A DNA stretch of 64,000 bases from Ruminococcaceae bacterium UBA5295. Lineage in GTDB: Bacteria; Bacillota; Clostridia; Oscillospirales; Acutalibacteraceae. The stretch lies in contig DHSD01000027.1 in the NCBI GenBank assembly GCA_002411365.1, positions 40,606 to 104,605 on the forward strand. Reading direction: 5' to 3'. Of this stretch, positions 30,131-40,853 are shown piece after piece (the first letter of the stretch is position 1; each line of letters starts with the position of its first letter). A program made the translations under genes and the position numbers. The notes beneath the pieces are model-generated. The model saw nothing but the letters and a program-made list of their open reading frames with translations, had not been told where the DNA came from and made no database searches.

Positions 30131-30967
30131 TCAATCTGAAAAATGCTTCATAATGTCTGCAAGGTCGCCCTGCCCGTAAAATTCTATCTGAAGCATCCCG
30201 CGCTTTTTCGTACCGCTTATGCTGACTTTTCTTCCAAGATGTTCCTTAAGTGCAAGTTCAGCCTCTTCATAATAGCGTATTTTACGCGGCTGGGTTTTCT
30301 TGTGCTTCTCATCCGAAGCTTTCTGCGTCATTTTTTCAAGTTCACGGACAGAAGCACCCGCTTTTGCCGCGCTGAGCCCTTCTTCCATAGACCTTTCATC
30401 AGGAAAACTCAACAGTGTCCTTGCATGGCCAGCTGAAATGGTTCCGCTCTCCACAAGTTCTTTCACTTCAGGAGGAAGGCTAAGCAGGCGAAGCGCATTT
30501 GTTACAGCAGGGCGTGATTTTCCTACGGTTTTAGCTACGTCATCCTGAGTCATGCCATAAGTTTTCATAAGCGACTGGTATCCTTCGGCTTCTTCCAGCG
30601 GGCTGAGGTCTTCGCGCTGCAAATTTTCTATCAGCGCCACTTCCATGACCTCTTCTTCAGACATATCCCTTACGACTGCAGGGACTTCATCAATGCCTGC
30701 CATGCGTGCCGCGCGCCATCTGCGCTCACCAGCAACTATCTGGTAGCCGCCGCTTACAAGCGGCCTTACAAGAAGCGGCTGCAATACGCCGTGTTTCGAG
30801 ATCGAGTCCGCAAGTTCTGCCAGAGCCTGCTCATTAAACGACCGACGCGGCTGATTGCGGTTTGGCTCAAGCTCAGAGGTTTTCAGCATCATGGCTGTGT
30901 GCTCTTCGGTATCATTTTCGGCAAAAATTGCATCAAGGCCTTTGCCAAGCCCTCTTTTTCTCGCCAT
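30131..30967 (-). CDS. spo0J: Chromosome partitioning protein ParB/Spo0J
   Basis: GLGKGLDA, QPRRSF, IVAGERRWRAA, ENLQREDL and KSRPAVTNALRLL motifs. Confidence 0.96.
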   Translation of the reverse strand: MARKRGLGKGLDAIFAENDTEEHTAMMLKTSELEPNRNQPRRSFNEQALAELADSISKHGVLQPLLVRPLVSGGYQIVAGERRWRAARMAGIDEVPAVVRDMSEEEVMEVALIENLQREDLSPLEEAEGYQSLMKTYGMTQDDVAKTVGKSRPAVTNALRLLSLPPEVKELVESGTISAGHARTLLSFPDERSMEEGLSAAKAGASVRELEKMTQKASDEKHKKTQPRKIRYYEEAELALKEHLGRKVSISGTKKRGMLQIEFYGQGDLADIMKHFSD

Positions 30968-30969
30968 TC

Positions 30970-31743
30970 TCAAGCCTGCTTTCTGTTTTTGCGGATAATC
31001 TCCTGCGCGAGCTCATTATATGCCTGCGCCCCGTGGGACGAACAGTCAAAATACTGTATGGGCTTGCCAAAACTCGGCGCCTCCGAAAGCCTGACTGTGC
31101 GCGGTATGGCAGAGGAAAATACTTTCCGCGGAAAATATTTTTTTACTTCACCGACTACCTGCTGAGTAAGGTTCAGGCGGCCGTCAAACATCGTTAAAAG
31201 CACGCCTTCAATATCAAGTTGCGGATTATACTGCCTTTTTATCCTGCGCACCGAATTCATAAGCTGCGAAAGGCCCTCAAGCGCATAATATTCGCACTGT
31301 ATAGGCACGAGAAGGGAATCGGCCGCCGTAAGCGCATTAGTAGTTATAATACCAAGTGACGGCGGGCAGTCAATAAATATATACTTGTATTCTGCGGCTA
31401 CAGTGGCAAGCGACGACCTCAGGCGGAACTCCCTGTGCTCCATATCCACAAGTTCAATCTCGGCGCCTGCAAGGTCCATGCTTGAAGGTATTAAATCAAG
31501 ATTTTTAAATTCGGTATGAAGCAGCACATCTCCCATTTTTGCCCCACCAATCAGGACATCATAAACCGATTTTTCAAGTTTACTGCGGTCTTCGCCCAAT
31601 CCACTCGACGAGTTGCCCTGTGGATCTGCATCAACGAGCAGCGTCTTTTTTCCCTGCAGACCCATTGCCGCAGAAAGGTTGACCGCAGTAGTTGTTTTTC
31701 CAACCCCGCCTTTTTGGTTGGCGATTGCGATAATTTTCCCCAA
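30970..31743 (-). CDS. soj: ParA/Soj ATPase
   Basis: NQKGGVGKTTT, DCPPSLG, QCEYYALEG and RLSEAPSFG motifs; TTG start at 31743. Confidence 0.97.
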   Translation of the reverse strand: MGKIIAIANQKGGVGKTTTAVNLSAAMGLQGKKTLLVDADPQGNSSSGLGEDRSKLEKSVYDVLIGGAKMGDVLLHTEFKNLDLIPSSMDLAGAEIELVDMEHREFRLRSSLATVAAEYKYIFIDCPPSLGIITTNALTAADSLLVPIQCEYYALEGLSQLMNSVRRIKRQYNPQLDIEGVLLTMFDGRLNLTQQVVGEVKKYFPRKVFSSAIPRTVRLSEAPSFGKPIQYFDCSSHGAQAYNELAQEIIRKNRKQA

Positions 31744-31861
31744 TATTCCATCCCCTCCGCCACAGATAACGGCTAACCAGCTAATTTTTATTTTTATTAT
31801 ATCACAACACGCCTGCATTATAAAGGCCGTTTTAAGCCTTATGAAAGTGCTTTTTTTCTTA

Positions 31862-31877
31862 TGTTTCATGTGAAACA
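31862..31877. promoter_or_regulatory. parS site
   Basis: TGTTTCATGTGAAACA upstream of soj. Confidence 0.9.
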
Positions 31878-31936
31878 TAAGAAAAAACATATCTCAATAT
31901 CTATGCAGTATAATATTGATTATGCAAATAAAACAG

Positions 31937-31974
31937 CAGAAAAGGCCGGATAAAATTTATCCGGCCCCTTCTGC
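31937..31974. terminator. Hairpin downstream of noc
   Basis: gcagaaaaggccggataaaattttatccggccccttctgc. Confidence 0.6.
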
Positions 31975-32022
31975 GGGAAATGATATAGGGAAATAGGAGT
32001 ATATAAAAACTTGTAATCAGTT

Positions 32023-32880
32023 TCAGGCGGGTTTTCTTCCCCCCGCTGTGGCCTGTGACTTTGGAATACGGATTATACACTCAAGATAATCGTCGGTCTC
32101 GCTTTTAAGCGTCTGTGCGCTTATGCCGCATTGCTCCATAGTCTGCACTGCGTGCGAAATCGTATTCAAAAAAATTCTCACATCCTTAATAACGGGCTTC
32201 TTACGCTGCTTTTCAGGTCCATTTCCGGAAATCAGCTTTTCAACGTATTCTTCCGCTTTGCACACATTATACTGCCGTGTTATTATTGTCTCGAGCGCGC
32301 AGCGGCGCATATGAAGATTTTGAATGCGAAGCAAGGCGCGCGCATGGCGTTCTGTCAATCCTGATTCAATAATACGCTTCCGCTCCTCATCAGTAAAACG
32401 CAGAAGGCGCATTTTGTTTGCAATAGACGACTGGCTTTTTCCGAGCCTTCTGGCCGCTTCCTCCTGGGTTACGTTCCACACATCTATAAGGTGTTTTATC
32501 CCTTCGGCCTCTTCAAAAATTCCAAGGTCACGGCGCTGCATATTTTCAGCCATGGCCATTACGGCGCTCTCCCCTGAAGAGCAACTGCTTACAATGCAGG
32601 GCACAGATTTCATTCCGGCAATTATGCATGCGCGAAGGCGGCGTTCGCCGGCAATAAGTTCATATTTCCCATTTTCGGCCTGCCTTACAACCAGCGGCTG
32701 AATAAGCCCGTTAGTCTGTATGCTGCGTGCAAGCTCAGCCAAAGGCTTCTCTTCAAAACTTTTTCTCGGCTGCGCCGGATTTGGCCTTATCTGATCTACG
32801 GGAACAGAAATTACACGTTTTTTCTCTCCGATATGCAACTCAGTCGCCCCCTGCCATCTTTTCTGGTACAAGCATACCAT
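32023..32880 (-). CDS. noc: Nucleoid occlusion protein Noc (ParB paralog)
   Basis: ParB domain (IAGERRLRA), KSQSSIANKMRLL, TERHARALL and KDVRIFLNTI; lies between rsmG and soj; start may be TTG at 32838. Confidence 0.85.
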   Translation of the reverse strand: MVCLYQKRWQGATELHIGEKKRVISVPVDQIRPNPAQPRKSFEEKPLAELARSIQTNGLIQPLVVRQAENGKYELIAGERRLRACIIAGMKSVPCIVSSCSSGESAVMAMAENMQRRDLGIFEEAEGIKHLIDVWNVTQEEAARRLGKSQSSIANKMRLLRFTDEERKRIIESGLTERHARALLRIQNLHMRRCALETIITRQYNVCKAEEYVEKLISGNGPEKQRKKPVIKDVRIFLNTISHAVQTMEQCGISAQTLKSETDDYLECIIRIPKSQATAGGRKPA

Positions 32881-32967
32881 AGCCCAGCGACAGATTTTGT
32901 TACATTATAGTACCACATAAATTTTATTTTCACATGTCTTAAAACTTTTAACAGAAGCTGTTAAATC

Positions 32968-33095
32968 AGTTGAAAACCCAAACTATTTCTAACTGGTTAA
33001 CCGGCAAAAAGGCCGTGGATACTGGATAAATACGGTTTTTTAGATTTTCGACACTTTCCGCAGTTTTCAACAATACGGCCCAAAAGCGTGGAAAA
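32968..33095. promoter_or_regulatory. DnaA-box-like cluster upstream of noc
   Basis: agttgaaaa, cgtggatac, actggataa, ttttcgaca, ttttcaaca and cgtggaaaa within 130 bp. Confidence 0.55.
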
Positions 33096-33203
33096 CGCGG
33101 TTAACTTTTATCATGAAAACCAAAGGTAAACGAAACCTCAAATATAACAAAAAGCCGGCAGATATATAAGTCTGCCAGCTAAAACCTGAACATTCAATTT
33201 GTT

Positions 33204-33926
33204 TTAATGTGAAACAAGCGGGCTGTGCGCAATTTTTGAGCCATGGCGCGGATACTTGTCAGAAAGTGGCGCCGTACGTCTTATAAGCACGACCGAACGC
33301 TTTTCACTTGACGGCAGAGTATAAAAACAATTTTTTTCTATTTTGCAGCCGAGAAGCGAAACAGCTTTTTCCGCTTCTTTAAGCTCAGGTTCCACATTAG
33401 GCCCTTTCATTGCGGCAAAAATGCCGCCTTTTTTAAGAAATGGCAGGCAGTATTCACAAAGCACGGGCATTGAGGCGACTGCGCGCGCCGTGGCAAAACC
33501 AAACTTCATACGGTATCCCTTCTGCCTTCCAGCCTCCTCGGCTCGCGCGTGCACAAGTTCTGCAGAAATGCCGACAGCCTTTAAGAGCTCTGAAAGGAAT
33601 ACAAGGCGTTTATTCAGGCTGTCCAAAAGAACAAGGTTAATATCCGGACGCATTATTTTTATCGGCACGCCCGGAAAACCCGCACCTGTGCCAACATCTA
33701 TAACATTTTCACCGTACGGGATATCACAATACTTCAAAAGGAGCACACTGTCGAGAAAATGTTTCACTGCTATGCCGTCGGGGGAAGTCACTGAGGTAAG
33801 GTTGATTTTCTCGTTCCATTCAGTCAGAAGCTGCGCATAAATTCGGAACTTATTTTTCTGCTCATCCGAAATATCAATCCCACATTCGGAAGCGTAAGAA
33901 ACAAATGCTGAAGAAGCGTCATCCAT
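33204..33926 (-). CDS. rsmG: 16S rRNA m7G527 methyltransferase
   Basis: [27 protein letters not shown] and ARAVA motifs. Confidence 0.97.
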   Translation of the reverse strand: MDDASSAFVSYASECGIDISDEQKNKFRIYAQLLTEWNEKINLTSVTSPDGIAVKHFLDSVLLLKYCDIPYGENVIDVGTGAGFPGVPIKIMRPDINLVLLDSLNKRLVFLSELLKAVGISAELVHARAEEAGRQKGYRMKFGFATARAVASMPVLCEYCLPFLKKGGIFAAMKGPNVEPELKEAEKAVSLLGCKIEKNCFYTLPSSEKRSVVLIRRTAPLSDKYPRHGSKIAHSPLVSH

Positions 33927-35799
33927 GTTTTTTGCCCTCTTTTCCCAGCCATATTAAGAGCACCGATATATCGGCAGGGCTTACACCATAAATGCGCGAC
34001 GCCTGCCCAACGCTTGACGGGCGCACTTTTTGCAGGCGTTCGCGGGCTTCCGTTCTCAGGCCTGTGAGCTTTAAGTAATCTATATCTGATGGAAGCCTGC
34101 GGTTTTCGAGCTTGCGCATCTCATCAATTTGAGATTTCTGGCGCTTTATATATCCTTCATATTTAATCGCAATCTCAACATTTTCAAATACTGCGGGCGG
34201 AAAATCAGGCCGCCCTTCATCAACTGGTGCGAGTATCCCACAGTTAAGCTGAGGGCGGCGGATAAGTTCCTCAAGGCGTACGCCCGTCGTCACGGCAGAT
34301 GTTCCATGTGAAACAAGGATATCGTTAAGTTCCTGCGAAGGCGGCAGCACTGTGCGGCGCACCCTTGCAAATTCTTCCTTTTTCTGTTCTTCTTTTTTTT
34401 GGAACCTTTTCCACCTGTCGTCCGAAATCAGGCCGATTTTTCTGCCAATGGGCGTAAGTCGCTCGTCGGCATTGTCCTGCCTTAATACAAGGCGGTATTC
34501 GCTTCTCGAAGTCATCATACGGTATGGTTCATCGGCGCCTTTTGTAATAAGGTCATCAACAAGGGTGCCAATATAGCTTCCGGCGCGATCAAGTATCATA
34601 GGCTCCCTGCCCTGTATTTTCAGGGCAGCATTTATTCCTGCAACAATGCCCTGTGCCGCTGCCTCTTCATAGCCGGAGCTGCCGTTAAACTGCCCCGCGC
34701 CGTAAAGCCCCGGAAAATCTTTAAACTCAAGTGTCGCATTAAGCTGAAGCGGGTCGGCACAGTCATACTCTATAGCGTATGCCGTGCGCATTATCTCCAC
34801 ATGCTCAAGACCAGGTATAGTGCGGTAAAACTGTAGCTGCACATCTTCAGGCAGCGACGTGCTCATGCCCTGAAGATACATTTCTTCCGTATCGAGGCCG
34901 CACGGCTCAATAAAAAGCTGATGGCGTTTTTTGTTTGAAAAGCGTAAAATTTTAGTTTCAATGCTCGGGCAGTAGCGAGGGCCTATGCCAGTGATTCCGC
35001 CGGTAAACAACTGGGAGCGGTGGAGATTATCGAGAATAATTTTTTTTGTGCGCTCGTTCGTCCATGAAACATAACAGTCGGCGCGGTTTTTACCCGGTGT
35101 AAGCGTATCATACGAAAACGGGATAACAGGATCGTCACCGTGCTGGACTTCAAGCCCGCTGAAATCTATGCTTGAGCGAAGCACACGTGCAGGAGTGCCT
35201 GTTTTGAAACGGCGAAGACGTATGCCAAGCTTTTTTAGCGAATCGGAGAGAAAAGCAGCCGGAAACATTCCGTCAGGCCCGCTCTCATAAGAAACTTCAC
35301 CGACAAAAATTTTTCCCGAAAGATAAGTGCCTGTTGCAAAAATCACAGCCTTTGCCTCATACATTGCGCCCATACGCGTAGTAAGGTTCCAAAGCCCATG
35401 CTCCCCACGCGAAACATCTACAACCTCTGCCTGTTTAAGCAGAAGGTCCGGCTGAAGCTCAATCTTATGCTTCATGATTTTGCTGTACTCGCGGCGGTCT
35501 ATCTGCGCACGGAGCGAATGGACGGCAGGCCCCTTGCCGCGGTTTAGCATACGGCTCTGAATAAAACATTCGTCCGTCGTGCGCCCCATCTCGCCGCCAA
35601 GCGCATCAATTTCACGCACGAGGTGGCCTTTGGCGGTACCGCCTATAGAAGGGTTGCACGGGCAGTTCCCTACAGCATCAAGGTTAATTGTAAAAATAAC
35701 TGTCCTGCAGCCAAGACGCGCCGCCGCGAGCGCCGCTTCAATTCCGGCATGGCCTGCGCCAATCACCGCCACATCTATCTTTCCGGCATCATATGTCAT
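33919..35799 (-). CDS. mnmG: tRNA uridine-5-carboxymethylaminomethyl(34) synthesis enzyme
   Basis: [32 protein letters not shown] and GYEEAAAQG motifs. Confidence 0.99.
   Translation of the reverse strand: MTYDAGKIDVAVIGAGHAGIEAALAAARLGCRTVIFTINLDAVGNCPCNPSIGGTAKGHLVREIDALGGEMGRTTDECFIQSRMLNRGKGPAVHSLRAQIDRREYSKIMKHKIELQPDLLLKQAEVVDVSRGEHGLWNLTTRMGAMYEAKAVIFATGTYLSGKIFVGEVSYESGPDGMFPAAFLSDSLKKLGIRLRRFKTGTPARVLRSSIDFSGLEVQHGDDPVIPFSYDTLTPGKNRADCYVSWTNERTKKIILDNLHRSQLFTGGITGIGPRYCPSIETKILRFSNKKRHQLFIEPCGLDTEEMYLQGMSTSLPEDVQLQFYRTIPGLEHVEIMRTAYAIEYDCADPLQLNATLEFKDFPGLYGAGQFNGSSGYEEAAAQGIVAGINAALKIQGREPMILDRAGSYIGTLVDDLITKGADEPYRMMTSRSEYRLVLRQDNADERLTPIGRKIGLISDDRWKRFQKKEEQKKEEFARVRRTVLPPSQELNDILVSHGTSAVTTGVRLEELIRRPQLNCGILAPVDEGRPDFPPAVFENVEIAIKYEGYIKRQKSQIDEMRKLENRRLPSDIDYLKLTGLRTEARERLQKVRPSSVGQASRIYGVSPADISVLLIWLGKEGKKHG
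34300..34315. promoter_or_regulatory. parS site within mnmG
   Basis: TGTTCCATGTGAAACA (encodes VSHGT). Confidence 0.8.
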
Positions 35800-35878
35800 A
35801 GCTAAGAAATTCCTCTCTTTTCAGCCTCTCGGCACGGCTTTTAAACGGAATAAAATATCATAGATCAAACCGCCACCA

Positions 35879-37276
35879 TTATTTGCCAACACAAAAATTA
35901 TGGAATACGGAGTCAACTACCGTTTCGGTTGCGCGTTCACCTGTCAGCTCAAGGAGGACTGAAATTGCACTTTCAACCGAAACCGTCACAGCGTCAAATG
36001 TCATTCCGGAATCCAACGCGTCAAGCGCTTCATTCACACAGTCAAGCGCACGCCGCACCTCGTCGCGCTGGCGTTCAGTGAACAGGATGCCCTGCGACGG
36101 GTCTAAATCCGATGTTCCAAGTATATCTGTAATCTCAGCCTCAAGGTCATGAATACCCGTCCCATTTGAGGCAGAAATGGATACTATATGTTTAAATTTG
36201 CTTTTAATATACTGTTTGTCTATTTTTTCAGGCAAATCACACTTGTTTATAACCGCCACACAAGCTGCATTTTTCAGCTTTTCAATAAGCTCAAAATCAG
36301 CGGCGCCAAGCTCATGGGAATTATCAAACACAGCAAGCACAAGCTGAGCCGTTCCGATTCTCCGGAATGCGCGCTTTACACCAATGCTTTCGACTGGGTC
36401 GTCAGTGTCACGCACACCTGCAGTGTCGGCAAGGCGCAGAGGTATGCCGCCAAAAATAACTGTATCCTCGACAACATCGCGCGTCGTCCCCGCATACTGC
36501 GTAACTATAGACCTGTCGCACCCTGCGAGGAGATTCATAAGCGTAGATTTTCCAACATTCGGCTTTCCGGCAATCACGGTATCCACACCTTCGCGGAAAA
36601 CACGGCCTTCGTCGAATTGCCGCAGGAGGCTCTCGAGCTCTTTTTTTGCATAAGACAAAGAAGACCGAAGCCCATCTGGAGTAACCTGCGGTATGTCGTC
36701 GTCAGGATAATCTGCCCATGCCGAAAGGTGTGCAGCAATGCCCGTAAGCCCGACGCGTATTTTTTTAATGCGTTTTTCGAGAGCGCCGTCATGGCCTGCA
36801 AGTGCTGTTTTAGCTGCCTGTTCACCCTGCGCGCCTATTATCTGCATAACCGACTCGGCTTCCGTAAGCCCCATCTTGCCATTCACAAATGCGCGCCGTG
36901 TAAACTCACCCGGCCCTGCCGGAACAGCGCCGTCCTCAAAAACAGCTTTAAGGAGGCGGCGCGTCACATATACTCCGCCATGGCATGAAAGTTCAACCAC
37001 ATCTTCTCCGGTAAAGCTTGCAGGAGCCCGGAAATTAAGTGCAATAGCTTCATCTATATCGCCCTTGCTGTCATGTACTCTGCCGTAAAGGGCGCGATAT
37101 CCGCGTATATCACCGAGCTTTTTGCCGTGTGCAGAAGTAAAAACACGGTCTGCCACATCACGGGCACGCGGCCCTGAAATGCGGACTATGCCTATAGCGC
37201 CTGGCGCCTGCGCCGTTGAAATCGCCGCGATAGTGTCGCCTGATGGGTGATAAGCAAAATTTATATTTCTGTCCAC
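35879..37276 (-). CDS. mnmE: tRNA modification GTPase
   Basis: DTIAAIST, GEFTRRAF, GKPNVGKS, GTTRD, DTAG and FCVGK motifs. Confidence 0.98.
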   Translation of the reverse strand: MDRNINFAYHPSGDTIAAISTAQAPGAIGIVRISGPRARDVADRVFTSAHGKKLGDIRGYRALYGRVHDSKGDIDEAIALNFRAPASFTGEDVVELSCHGGVYVTRRLLKAVFEDGAVPAGPGEFTRRAFVNGKMGLTEAESVMQIIGAQGEQAAKTALAGHDGALEKRIKKIRVGLTGIAAHLSAWADYPDDDIPQVTPDGLRSSLSYAKKELESLLRQFDEGRVFREGVDTVIAGKPNVGKSTLMNLLAGCDRSIVTQYAGTTRDVVEDTVIFGGIPLRLADTAGVRDTDDPVESIGVKRAFRRIGTAQLVLAVFDNSHELGAADFELIEKLKNAACVAVINKCDLPEKIDKQYIKSKFKHIVSISASNGTGIHDLEAEITDILGTSDLDPSQGILFTERQRDEVRRALDCVNEALDALDSGMTFDAVTVSVESAISVLLELTGERATETVVDSVFHNFCVGK

Positions 37277-37367
37277 CAGAAAACTCCCCCATTATAAACA
37301 ACAATGTGTATTTAAATTAGTATAATAAACTAACGGTATATAGATATACATTTCCCGTAATTTCACA

Positions 37368-37396
37368 AACAGGGAAAGGCAGTAAGCCTTTCCCTG
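37368..37396 (-). terminator. Hairpin downstream of jag
   Basis: acagggaaaggcagtaagcctttccctgt. Confidence 0.7.
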
Positions 37397-37425
37397 TCTA
37401 TTTCATATTCACAGTATTGCAAAAT

Positions 37426-38259
37426 TTACTTTTTAATATCAACGCGGCCGTAAAGAGGGCCCTCACCTTCAGATCTCGGTTTTTCATCATTTTGCTGCAG
37501 TTGTGATGAAGCACCGTTCTTCTCAGCAGGCAAAGGCGGTCTATCCTCTTTCCCGCCATACGTTTTTTTCTGGTTAATAGGCTGCTGCCTGCGGTACATA
37601 TTATTATACCTGCCTCCGCGGCGCGGATTTTTCTCACCCGCAACAGGCCCTATTACCACATGGCGTTCAAGGTTTTCGCCTTCAGACCACGATTTTGCCC
37701 CCTCGACTGTCTGCACCGAAGTATGGATTATGCGGCGCTCGTAAGGATTCATAGGCTCAAGCGAAACATTTCTCCCAAGGCGCAGGCTCTTTTCTGCCAT
37801 CTTTTTGCCGAGCGACTCAAGTGTCTGGCACCGCTTCTCGCGGTAATTGCCAATATCAAGCGCAATGCGGTAATACTCGTGCCCCGCATGGTTTGCAACA
37901 AGGCCGGTCAGGTACTGGAGCGCATCGAGCGTTTCACCGCGGTGGCCTATCACAAAACCTATATCGTCGCCTGTCAAGTTAAGCAGTGCACCGCTTTCAT
38001 TTTTCTGTATATCCACATGCACATTTCCTACTCCCATGCATGTAAGCACATTCTGCAAATATCCCTCTGCAACTTCAGCCGGACCATCTTCAACATAAAC
38101 ACGCACTTTTGCCGGGCTGCCACCAAAAAGGCCGAATGTTTTTTTCGTCGGCATCTGCAGGATCTCGAATTTTGCATCATAAGAGTTCACACCGAGTTTC
38201 TTGCAGCCATCTTCCTTGGCAAGTTCAACAGTATCTCCAATTCCGATTGCTTCTTTCAT
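37426..38259 (-). CDS. jag: Jag/KhpB (EloR) RNA-binding protein
   Basis: Jag_N (FGLFG), KH (IGHRGETLDALQYL) and R3H (PMNPYERRIIH) domains. Confidence 0.95.
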   Translation of the reverse strand: MKEAIGIGDTVELAKEDGCKKLGVNSYDAKFEILQMPTKKTFGLFGGSPAKVRVYVEDGPAEVAEGYLQNVLTCMGVGNVHVDIQKNESGALLNLTGDDIGFVIGHRGETLDALQYLTGLVANHAGHEYYRIALDIGNYREKRCQTLESLGKKMAEKSLRLGRNVSLEPMNPYERRIIHTSVQTVEGAKSWSEGENLERHVVIGPVAGEKNPRRGGRYNNMYRRQQPINQKKTYGGKEDRPPLPAEKNGASSQLQQNDEKPRSEGEGPLYGRVDIKK

Positions 38260-38307
38260 TTTCAGCTGCCTCCCAAAAAACACATCAATTTACGTGCACA
38301 AACAAAC

Positions 38308-39309
38308 TTACTTTCGGCGTTTCTGCGTTTTTGCCATTTTCTTTTCATCATCATTAGGCATATATGCCCTGGCAGGCAGTGGCTTTGTGGCAGCTTCTTC
38401 ATGCTCGAGAAGCGCTATGTGGCGTGCTTCCGCCTGGGCATTTAAATCATCCATGCCATACCAGACGTTGAGTATTACTATCTTGATAAAACCGACTATG
38501 CTCGAAATGATCCAGTAAAAGCCGACGGCCGCAGGAACAGTGCAGGCAAACCATGCGGAAATGAATGCCATGAAATAAAACATGAATTTCATGCAGCCTT
38601 GCTGCTGCTGCATAGACGGTTGCATCTTAAAAGACATGTACTGTGTGAGGAGATATACAACAAGGCAAAACACTGGTATAACCCATAGGTTAGAGCGGAA
38701 AAGTGTGCCAAATATATTTGACGCATCACACGGTGTGTCAAGCAGGTTGAGGCCGCAGAACATAAAGCCGTGGCTGAAAGACTGCAGGCGTGCCGTTTCG
38801 CCTGCGCTAAACATGGTTAAATACGGGCTGAGACTTGCAAAGTTCTTCACTATCCCAATCTGCGCATATTGGGCATTTGAAACCCCGTTAATGCCTGGTA
38901 TCCTTCCAAGCATATCGAGCGCTTTGCCTATGGCATCATTTGAGATATGCAATGCATTCGAAAGCGGGTTCTGCACAGTGTAAAACAGGCCAATCATTAC
39001 AAGAAAAGGAAGTATCATAGTAAAGCAGCCGCCTGCAGGATTGACGCCTTCTTTTTCGTACAGCTTCTCCATCTCTATTTGCATACGCTGCTTGTCTTTA
39101 GCATATTTTTTCTGAATCTGCTGCTGCTTCAATGTAAGTTTTCCTGTTGCAGCCATTGAGCGCTGCTGCTTAATCGAAAAAGGGAACAGCAAAGCATTGA
39201 CAATCACAGTAAACATGATAATGGCCACACCGTAGTTTTTTACAAGAATATACAGCCACCACAGCGGATAACCCAAAATGCTGCCGAAAAAATTGAAGAT
39301 ATTGTTCAT
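38308..39309 (-). CDS. yidC: Membrane protein insertase YidC/SpoIIIJ
   Basis: NYGVAII, KQQRSM, GVNPAGGC and FYW motifs; conserved position. Confidence 0.93.
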   Translation of the reverse strand: MNNIFNFFGSILGYPLWWLYILVKNYGVAIIMFTVIVNALLFPFSIKQQRSMAATGKLTLKQQQIQKKYAKDKQRMQIEMEKLYEKEGVNPAGGCFTMILPFLVMIGLFYTVQNPLSNALHISNDAIGKALDMLGRIPGINGVSNAQYAQIGIVKNFASLSPYLTMFSAGETARLQSFSHGFMFCGLNLLDTPCDASNIFGTLFRSNLWVIPVFCLVVYLLTQYMSFKMQPSMQQQQGCMKFMFYFMAFISAWFACTVPAAVGFYWIISSIVGFIKIVILNVWYGMDDLNAQAEARHIALLEHEEAATKPLPARAYMPNDDEKKMAKTQKRRK

Positions 39310-39334
39310 GCAGAAAATTCTCCTCTAATTTGCT

Positions 39335-39562
39335 TCAGTGCCTGACTTTCTTCTCAGGAACAGGGTCATATCCGCCTCTGCTGAAAGGATTGCAGCGCAA
39401 AAAGCGGAAAAGCGCAAGAAAAAAACCTTTAAAAGCTCCAAAACGCTCAATGGCCTGAATCGCGTAATTCGAACAGGTCGGGTAATAAATACAGCAGGGC
39501 CTTTTAAGAGGTGAAATTGCCCTTTGGTAAAAACGTATAACAGCTATCATAATCTTTTTCAT
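39335..39562 (-). CDS. yidD: Membrane protein insertion efficiency factor
   Basis: [28 protein letters not shown]. Confidence 0.96.
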   Translation of the reverse strand: MKKIMIAVIRFYQRAISPLKRPCCIYYPTCSNYAIQAIERFGAFKGFFLALFRFLRCNPFSRGGYDPVPEKKVRH

Positions 39563-39591
39563 AATCTAAAACCAAAATTAACAAATATAAG

Positions 39592-39927
39592 TTAAGAGAA
39601 AATGCCGGCACTTTTAAGGTGCCGCTCCATTGCGTGACATACTTCGCCGCATTTTACAAAAGATGTTTTTTTCCTCGCGACAAAAACGATGTCATAGCCT
39701 GGGCGCACGTGACCCTGAATAATGCGGAAAGATTCCTTTATAACTCTGCGTGAGCGGTTCCGGTGTACCGCATTGCCTATTTTCTTCCCTGTAGTAATAC
39801 CAACACGCAGCAACTTTCTCCTGTTTTTAAAAACATAAGAAACAAGCACCGGGCTCACATAGCACTTCCCGCGCGCATACACCCTCTGAAATTCCCTGTT
39901 TTCCCTTATGGGTTCATAACTTATCAT
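39592..39927 (-). CDS. rnpA: Ribonuclease P protein component
   Basis: KKIGNAVHRNRSRR RNR motif. Confidence 0.96.
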   Translation of the reverse strand: MISYEPIRENREFQRVYARGKCYVSPVLVSYVFKNRRKLLRVGITTGKKIGNAVHRNRSRRVIKESFRIIQGHVRPGYDIVFVARKKTSFVKCGEVCHAMERHLKSAGIFS

Positions 39928-40046
39928 TTATCTCCTGCTGTTTTCAAAAATTTAATAAAAGCACAGGGAAAATTAAAAAATCACCCTGCGTTACAAACAT
40001 TCATAGTAAGCGGCGGGCAGCATCTATTCCGCCGCACATGCAGAAC

Positions 40047-40181
40047 TCAATAGGAAATACGTGTCCTTCCTTTTGCCCTGCGGCGTGAAAGCACCTTGCG
40101 TCCGTCAGCTGTAGACATACGCTTACGGAAACCATGTTCTTTCTGGCGGTGCAGTTTTTTAGGTTGATAAGTTCTAAGCAT
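40047..40181 (-). CDS. rpmH: 50S ribosomal protein L34 (absent from the ORF track)
   Basis: Manual translation [44 protein letters not shown]; AAGGAGG RBS. Confidence 0.97.
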   Translation of the reverse strand: MLRTYQPKKLHRQKEHGFRKRMSTADGRKVLSRRRAKGRTRISY

Positions 40182-40691
40182 GGTAAGACCTCCTTTCGGG
40201 TAAAACTGCGTTCTTCATAAAATTATAATCTATCTTTTTGTAGACTGTCAACCGGCAGCAGCAAGTAAAGTAGTCTTAAACATGACGCAGTTCAAATGAG
40301 CCTGTCCTCATATTTACTGTTTAAGGCAGACTTAAGGCTTATAAGGTTTACTATATCACAAGATAAACAGATTGAAAAGAAAAAATTGAAAAATTGCGCC
40401 ATTAAACGGCTAAAAACCGAAAAATCATATTTGCGGCGAAATAAAAGCGCAAAAGCCATATAAAATGTTTAAGGCATTCCGTTTTTCAAAATTATCCCTT
40501 TTTATACTTTTTCACAATTCTAACATATTAACCTGTTAATTCTTAATGTAATGGCTTTAATAAGCACATACGTTCTAAAAGCCGCAGAATAAGCTGTAAT
40601 GCCCGTTTTTGCAGGCTGCTTTAAATTAAGAAAGTGCCCTTTTAAAAGCATGTGGGCCACATGGAGGCGCAGAAACATACAAAACAGTTAT

Positions 40692-40720
40692 TTGAAATGC
40701 GTAAAGATTTGTGATATGAT
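40692..40720 (+). promoter_or_regulatory. sigma-A promoter of dnaA
   Basis: TTGAAA-N17-TATGAT with extended -10 TG. Confidence 0.65.
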
Positions 40721-40853
40721 AATAAACGGGTCTTTTTGCTTTACAGAAAAAACAAAGGGTTGAAAATTTCTTTTGTTTAAAAAATTTTCACAGGCAGACA
40801 AGAACCTGCCCAAATAAACTTCTTGCTTAAAAAAAACGAGGTATTAATTCGTA

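Noticed and set aside
31744-31890. N-terminal extension of Soj (MFHMKH...)
   Set aside because: It is the translated parS and promoter region; the RBS supports the TTG start at 31743.
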